This document shows positions 48,604-53,692 of a stretch of 53,692 nucleotides of DNA, piece by piece. The stretch's first letter is position 1; the number at the start of each line of letters is the position of its first letter. The stretch comes from a virus, in the IMG/VR virus record IMGVR_UViG_3300050190_000114; one strand, given 5' to 3'. The notes under the pieces were generated by a model. It ran no database searches. It was not told where the DNA came from and was given only the letters and a program-made list of their open reading frames with translations. The translations under genes and the position numbers were made by a program.

Positions 48604-49929
48604 TTGGACGAGATAGCCCTACCTTGCGACCTGCCAGCGGAGCGGCTGGTTTTAGGCTCGATCATTTTAGAGCACCAAAAGCACGCCGAAGTATTTCAAC
48701 TTTTGGCGGCCGATGATTTTATCCTCGAGAAACACCGGCGCATCTATGGCGCGTTACATGCGATGGACGCCACCGGCCTGGAAATCGACCGGGTCACCAT
48801 CGCCAGCTATCTCAATGATCGTCACGAGCTCCAATCGGTTGACGGAATCGCCTACCTGACCTCGCTCGACACCGGCTTACCGGAGATGCCCAGCGTGGAA
48901 TCCTACGTGGATATCATCCGCGAGAAAGCAGCGCTTCGAAAAATCATCGTCACGTCCCAGAATCTCATCAACCGTTGCGTATCAACTCAGGGCGATTCAA
49001 AAGAACTGATCGCGCTGGCGGAAGACGCGCTCACAAAGATCGGCTACAAGCCAGAGCAGACCGCCGAGGTGCTTGGATTGGAACAAGTGATTGAGCAGTC
49101 TGGCGGCCTCGACCGTTTTCTAAATCCGCATCAAACCGCGACCTTCGTGAAAACCCCTTGGGTGAAACTTACCGACATGACCGGGGGATACCGGCGCAAG
49201 GAACTATTTTTGCTCGCCGGCAACCCGTCGATGGGAAAAAGCGCGGCCGCGGTTCAGGTAGCCATGAGCGTAGCCCAGGCCGGCTTAGGTGTTCTCATCT
49301 TTTCGCTTGAGATGTCGCGCGCCTCTTTATTCACTCGGATGATGTGTACGCTTTCCCGCGTCGACGGGGCGAAACTCCGGGCCGGATATCTCAATCAGGA
49401 GGAACGCACTCGGATCCAGAAAGCTATCCAGCAGATTTTAAGCTGGCCGCTTTGGATCGCCGAGTATGGAATCTCGACAGTGAGCGCAATCCGCGCCGCG
49501 GTTCGGCGGAAGAAAACCAAGCAGCAGGATATTTTTATGGTAGTGATCGACTACCTTCAACTTTTGCAATCGATAGGGAAGCACGCCAACCGAAACGCGG
49601 AAGTGTCCGAGATCACCCGGCAGTTGAAACTTTTAGCGGCTGATGAGGATGTCAACGTACACCTCCTGTCGCAATTGAACCGGGATAACCTGAAAGAGCG
49701 CCGCGCGCCGGCCCTGCACGACCTCCGGGACTCCGGAAGTATTGAGCAAGACGCCGACGCGGTAGCCTTCGTATGGCGCCCGGAGATGCTCCACCGGGAA
49801 CGCGAGGACCTGCACGGCCTGGCGGAATTGTTGCTCTGGAAACAGCGCAACGGACCAACCGGGAAAATAGAGCTGACCTGGCTGGGTCACATTACAGCCT
49901 TTGAAAATCGAGCGGAGGATCTGGAATGA
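48604..49929 (+). CDS. dnaB: DnaB-type replicative helicase
   Basis: Motifs PAERLVLGSIIL, Walker A GNPSMGKS, VVIDYLQLL and RDSGSIEQDADAV. TTG 48604 follows GAGGAG. The track ORF 48415 is over-extended. Confidence 0.9.
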   Translation: MDEIALPCDLPAERLVLGSIILEHQKHAEVFQLLAADDFILEKHRRIYGALHAMDATGLEIDRVTIASYLNDRHELQSVDGIAYLTSLDTGLPEMPSVESYVDIIREKAALRKIIVTSQNLINRCVSTQGDSKELIALAEDALTKIGYKPEQTAEVLGLEQVIEQSGGLDRFLNPHQTATFVKTPWVKLTDMTGGYRRKELFLLAGNPSMGKSAAAVQVAMSVAQAGLGVLIFSLEMSRASLFTRMMCTLSRVDGAKLRAGYLNQEERTRIQKAIQQILSWPLWIAEYGISTVSAIRAAVRRKKTKQQDIFMVVIDYLQLLQSIGKHANRNAEVSEITRQLKLLAADEDVNVHLLSQLNRDNLKERRAPALHDLRDSGSIEQDADAVAFVWRPEMLHREREDLHGLAELLLWKQRNGPTGKIELTWLGHITAFENRAEDLE

Positions 49930-50102
49930 CGCGAGACGAAAAGCACGCCGACGCACACCTGATGCAAGCCAAAGAGGACGTGAAAGAAGCGTTCCGACTC
50001 ATCGACCCAGCCGCGATAGAACCCGCAGCGAAAGCCATCGTGAAGGCGATGGATTCCATCGACGCGGCCAGAAAAGCGTTAAAAGAGAGAGGCCCGAAAT
50101 GA
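49926..50102 (+). CDS. 58-aa helical protein (below the track cutoff)
   Basis: ATGA overlaps at both ends. Confidence 0.5.
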   Translation: MTRDEKHADAHLMQAKEDVKEAFRLIDPAAIEPAAKAIVKAMDSIDAARKALKERGPK

Positions 50103-50413
50103 GCGAGCATCAATGTCACGCGGTTGGATGCGGCGTCCCCGTTCCACCCAAGATGCATATGTGCCTCACACACTGGCGCATGGTCCCCAAGGCGGTGCAG
50201 GATTTAATCTGGCGGCATTACCGGCCCGGCCAAGAGATCGATAAGCAACCGAGCGCGGATTACATCGTCACAGCGTTCGTTTCTATTTCGTGCGTTGCGC
50301 TGAAAGAAGGGAAGCCACTGCCAACGATGGTTCCGCCAAAGACAGCGAACGAGCGGACCTCACTTTTGAACGGGAGTGCCGAGCCCGAATTCAAACACGG
50401 AGAATTTGTATGA
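50099..50413 (+). CDS. Small Cys/His protein
   Basis: Pattern CHAVGCG..MHMCLTHW. The 3' end is an R1 repeat. Confidence 0.55.
   Translation: MSEHQCHAVGCGVPVPPKMHMCLTHWRMVPKAVQDLIWRHYRPGQEIDKQPSADYIVTAFVSISCVALKEGKPLPTMVPPKTANERTSLLNGSAEPEFKHGEFV
50351..50396 (+). repeat. R1 repeat
   Basis: Sequence GAGCGGACCTCACTTTTGAACGGG..CCCGAATTCAAAC. Confidence 0.85.
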
Positions 50414-51077
50414 GCGCAGCCTCTGCAACCCCCACGCGGAACCGGACGCGCCGCGAGTGTCCAACTGCCCGGTACACGGAGGCAGACTAGGCGACTGGAT
50501 TCAAACTTTCACCGGGCTTGTTATGTATCCGCTCGATCCCCGGCCCGAAGAAATATGCATCGAGGATATCGCCCATGCGCTTTCAAACCTCTGCCGATTC
50601 ACCGGCCACTGCCGGGAGTTCTACAGCGTAGCCGATCACAGCGTCCGCGTGAGCTATACCTGCGATCCGAAGGATGCCCTGTGGGGATTATTGCACGATG
50701 CGCCGGAGGCGTACCTCGCGGATATGAGCCGGCCCGTCAAGCGATTCTCCGAGTTTGGCCGCATATATCAGGGGATTGAAGATCGTCTCATGGAAGTGAT
50801 TGCGGAGAAATTCGGCCTGCGACCGGGATACCTTGCGCCCGCCAATGTGAAACACGCCGATGCGGTTTTACTCGCGACTGAAAAGCGCGATTTGATGCAA
50901 GGTTGTTTCAAGCCGTGGGAAAACCCAGCCGAGCCGCTGCGGACTGTTATCAGGCCGCTCTCCCCAGGGGACGCGCGCCTAAACTTCATGCGCCGGTTTC
51001 GGCAGTTGACAGCCAACGAGCGGACCTCACTTCCCAACGGGAGCGACTGGTTAGATTCAAAATCGGAGAATAGTTAA
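50376..51077 (+). CDS. HD-domain phosphohydrolase (YfbR-like 5'-deoxynucleotidase family)
   Basis: Motifs DWIQTFTG, IEDIAHALSNLCRFTGH, SVADHS and LLHDAPEAYLADM. The start is uncertain (GTG 50376, TTG 50406 or GTG 50457). Confidence 0.75.
   Translation: MPSPNSNTENLYERSLCNPHAEPDAPRVSNCPVHGGRLGDWIQTFTGLVMYPLDPRPEEICIEDIAHALSNLCRFTGHCREFYSVADHSVRVSYTCDPKDALWGLLHDAPEAYLADMSRPVKRFSEFGRIYQGIEDRLMEVIAEKFGLRPGYLAPANVKHADAVLLATEKRDLMQGCFKPWENPAEPLRTVIRPLSPGDARLNFMRRFRQLTANERTSLPNGSDWLDSKSENS
51018..51062 (+). repeat. R1 repeat
   Basis: Sequence GAGCGGACCTCACTTCCCAACGGG..TTAGATTCAAAA. Ends 15 nt before ATG 51078. Confidence 0.85.
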
Positions 51078-53692
51078 ATGGAAAATCAAGATCAGAGCTT
51101 GGGATCAACTGTTGAGACGGACTCTCACCCGCCATTGCGCGAAGGGATGCGAGAGAACTGCCCATCCTGCAAAGTGCATCGCGGACACCGGGCAGGCTGC
51201 CCACTCGCACAGGAAAGGGCGGATGGCGACTACTCCATCGAAGCCTACCACGCCTTTCTACGCGCGAAATGTAACCTGCCGCAAGAACTCGGCATCCCCA
51301 TCGAGCCCGGCGACCTTCAGTCGCTTTTCGCACAGTTGATCTTCGCAAGCGGCTTCGAACTGAAACCCCACCAGGTGGCCGGCATCATCTGGGGAGCCCG
51401 CGGCGGAAGACGCGCGCTATTCGAAAGTTTCGGACTCGGGAAGACGGTCCAGCAACTTCTCATCATCTGGCTAATCTTGCGATACCTCGCAACCAAAGGA
51501 ACCAACGGCCGCGGCCTGATCGTGGCGCCACTAGGAGTCAGGCAGGAATTCACCAGAGACGCGGCCAAAATCGGCATCGAGTTGAAATTCGTCAGGCGCA
51601 TCGAAGAATGCGAAGAGACTGGGATTTACCTCACCAATTACGAAACCGTCCGCGACGGAAAACTCGATCCGCAAAAGTTTATCGTCACCAGCCTGGACGA
51701 AGCAACCATCCTCGCATCCTTCGGCGGGACGAAGACCTTCCGCGAGTTCATGCGCCTGTTTGAGAACGTGCCGTACCGCTTCGTTGCGACCGCAACACCG
51801 GACCCGAACGAGTATATCGAGCTGCTGGCTTTCGCGGCCTATCTCGGCATCATGGACGTGAGCCAGGCGAAAACCAGATTCTTTAAACGCGACTCGGTAC
51901 ACGCCGATAAGCTAACCCTACACCCTCACAAGGAGAAAGAATTCTGGCTCTGGGTTTCCACGTGGGCGCTATTCCTGAACACGCCATCGGACCTTGGTTA
52001 CTCGGATGAAGGCTATGCTCTGCCCCCGCTCGAAGTCATCAAGCACGAAGTCAAGGTAGACCACTCGACGGCGCACGAAGAAAAGGACGGGCAAGGAAGA
52101 ATGTTCCGCGAGGCATCCCACGGAGTTTCGGAAGCGGCTCGAGAAAAGCGTGACACGCTCCCGGAACGCATCGCCAAGATGGAGGAAATTCTCGAAGCCG
52201 AGCCCGAGAAACATTTTATCCTCTGGCATGATCTCGAAGCGGAGCGACTCGCGATCGAGAAGACTGTACCGAACGTAGTCAGCGTGTACGGCGCCATGCG
52301 CGCGAAGCCGGGAGGCGATGATGAGATTGCCGACGCCGTTGCCAGATTCTCCGATGGGGAGATCCAGTATATTGCCGGCAAACCCGTGATGCTCGGCGCG
52401 GGGGTTAATTGGCAGCGGCATTGCGCGGATGCTATCTTTCTCGGAATCGGTTTCAAATTCCGCGACTTTATCCAAGCCGTTCACCGGATCCGGCGTTTCT
52501 TGCAAACCAAGCCCGTCCGAATCCATCTGATCTATGCGGAGTCGGAACGCCTGATCCTCGAGAACCTGATGCAGAAGTGGGAGCGCCACAATCTCCAGGC
52601 CGCGCGGATGAGCGAGATCATCCGCGAGTACGGATTATCCCAGGCCGCAATCCAAAGCGTGCTGGTCAGGCAGATGGGTTGTGAACGTGCCGAGGTTACG
52701 ACCAAATCTTGCAAACTCGTCAACAATGACAGCGTGGAAGAATTGGAAACGATGGAGCCGAACAGCATAGATCTAGCCCTGACTTCGACCCCATTTTCCA
52801 ACCAGTACGAATTTGTTGCATCCTACAATGATTTTGGGCACACCGATAGTGCGGAGCACTTTTTCGAGCAGATGGACTTTCTAACCCATCGGGTTTTAAA
52901 GGTCCTGAAACCGGGTCGGCTTGCTGCGATCCATGTGAAGGATCGCATCGTACCGGGGGGGATCACGGGATTAGGATTTCAGACCGTCTACCCGTTCCAC
53001 TGCCGGATGATTGACCATTTCATCAAGCACGGCTTCGCGTACATGGGGATGAAGACCATCGTCACCGATGTGGTGAGGGAAAATAATCAGACCTACCGGC
53101 TCGGCTGGACGGAGCAATGCAAGGACGGAACAAAGATGGGCGTAGGCATGCCTGAATATCTTCTCATCTTTCGGAAACCGCCGACCGATACGACCAACGC
53201 GTACGCGGATGAGCCGGTAGTAAAACACAAGCCGATGTGTCTTGACGAAGAGACAGGCGAGACCGGGCCGTATGACAAGAACAATAAGCACCAGCACATT
53301 CTTTTGAATTCGGGATACTCGCGCGCACGTTGGCAACTTGACGCGCACGGGTTTGAGCGGTCGAGCGGTAACCGTCTCCTCACGGCGGAAGAGTTGATGG
53401 GGATCGCTCACCACGCGATCTATAAGAAGTTCCGCCACTACTCAAAAACGCAGCCGTACAATTACGAGCACCACGTCGCGCTAGCGGAGGCGCTGGAGCA
53501 GAAGAAGATTCTGCCAGTCAAGTTTATGCTCCTCCCGCCGCAATCGTGGCACCCCGACGTGTGGACGGATATTACCAGGATGCGAACGTTGAACGGGGCG
53601 CAGTGGGCAAAGGGTAAAGAGCCTCATCTTTGCCCCCTCCAGTTCGACATTGTGAACCGCGTTATCAATCAGTGCTCCCAGCCGGGCGAGAC
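51078..53692 (+). CDS. SNF2/DEAD-like helicase fused to an N6/N4-type DNA methyltransferase. The ORF runs off the window and continues at 1..350, about 945 codons in total.
   Basis: Absent from the supplied track because it has no stop in the window. Walker A FGLGKT, DEAT box SLDEATIL, helicase C-lobe. MTase motif IV-like IDLALTSTPF and motif I-like LDFFGGLF. All long minus ORFs here are shadows. Confidence 0.85.
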   Translation, partial: MENQDQSLGSTVETDSHPPLREGMRENCPSCKVHRGHRAGCPLAQERADGDYSIEAYHAFLRAKCNLPQELGIPIEPGDLQSLFAQLIFASGFELKPHQVAGIIWGARGGRRALFESFGLGKTVQQLLIIWLILRYLATKGTNGRGLIVAPLGVRQEFTRDAAKIGIELKFVRRIEECEETGIYLTNYETVRDGKLDPQKFIVTSLDEATILASFGGTKTFREFMRLFENVPYRFVATATPDPNEYIELLAFAAYLGIMDVSQAKTRFFKRDSVHADKLTLHPHKEKEFWLWVSTWALFLNTPSDLGYSDEGYALPPLEVIKHEVKVDHSTAHEEKDGQGRMFREASHGVSEAAREKRDTLPERIAKMEEILEAEPEKHFILWHDLEAERLAIEKTVPNVVSVYGAMRAKPGGDDEIADAVARFSDGEIQYIAGKPVMLGAGVNWQRHCADAIFLGIGFKFRDFIQAVHRIRRFLQTKPVRIHLIYAESERLILENLMQKWERHNLQAARMSEIIREYGLSQAAIQSVLVRQMGCERAEVTTKSCKLVNNDSVEELETMEPNSIDLALTSTPFSNQYEFVASYNDFGHTDSAEHFFEQMDFLTHRVLKVLKPGRLAAIHVKDRIVPGGITGLGFQTVYPFHCRMIDHFIKHGFAYMGMKTIVTDVVRENNQTYRLGWTEQCKDGTKMGVGMPEYLLIFRKPPTDTTNAYADEPVVKHKPMCLDEETGETGPYDKNNKHQHILLNSGYSRARWQLDAHGFERSSGNRLLTAEELMGIAHHAIYKKFRHYSKTQPYNYEHHVALAEALEQKKILPVKFMLLPPQSWHPDVWTDITRMRTLNGAQWAKGKEPHLCPLQFDIVNRVINQCSQPGE
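53566..53692. repeat. Terminal overlap (second copy of nt 1-127)
   Basis: Identical to the window start. Confidence 0.95.

Noticed and set aside
2103-51062. R1 copies as a CRISPR array, a tRNA-derived attP, or a conserved C-terminal peptide tag (ERTSDPNP..NSN)
   Set aside because: Spacing is irregular (hundreds to thousands of nt) and the copies are embedded in genes, so this is not a CRISPR array. There is no cloverleaf or T-arm symmetry around TTCAAA and no integrase, so it is not an attP. The copies are read in three frames, two are intergenic and two are inverted, so conservation is not at the peptide level.
51317-53438. Series of minus-strand ORFs (51317-51601, 51531-51902, 51969-52589, 52013-52456, 52971-53438)
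   Set aside because: All lie antisense to the open-ended helicase-methyltransferase ORF, which has clear catalytic motifs. They are shadow ORFs.

Overview
The window is a complete, circularly closed dsDNA phage or virus genome of about 53,565 bp. Nt 1-127 are identical to nt 53566-53692, and one gene reads through the junction. It looks GC-rich by eye and is tightly packed, with dozens of ATGA, GTGA and TAATG start/stop overlaps.

Layout:
- Rightward early/replication arm, 34864 through the junction to 3140. It encodes a glycosyltransferase, a papain-like peptidase, a Gp37/Gp68-like protein, HNH nucleases, a DnaB helicase, an HD hydrolase, a helicase-methyltransferase fusion and a DUF3310-like protein.
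- Leftward operon of unknown function, 6865 to 3202.
- Long rightward late operon, 7033 to 34233. It encodes about 15 small membrane-anchored proteins, basic DNA-binding-like proteins, a set of beta-rich capsid-like paralogs, spike-like proteins (DUF3494/ice-binding-like, Asp-box propeller, beta-helix) and a holin/muramidase-like pair.
- Leftward 3-gene unit, 41399 to 39810, next to a sigma70-type divergent promoter/operator switch.

I could not recognise a terminase, portal, tail, integrase, tRNA or CRISPR array by eye.

Most unusual features:
- Eleven repeat-bounded bridge cassettes sit between late genes. Their sense strand always stays open and is start/stop-coupled to both neighbours. Several also carry convincing antisense or accessory genes.
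- A core CGGCATTGCGCG motif occurs about 18 times. It is read in different frames but always co-oriented with transcription.
- A second ~45-bp repeat family has 15 copies at early gene junctions.

All functional calls rest on motif recognition by eye. No database search was possible.
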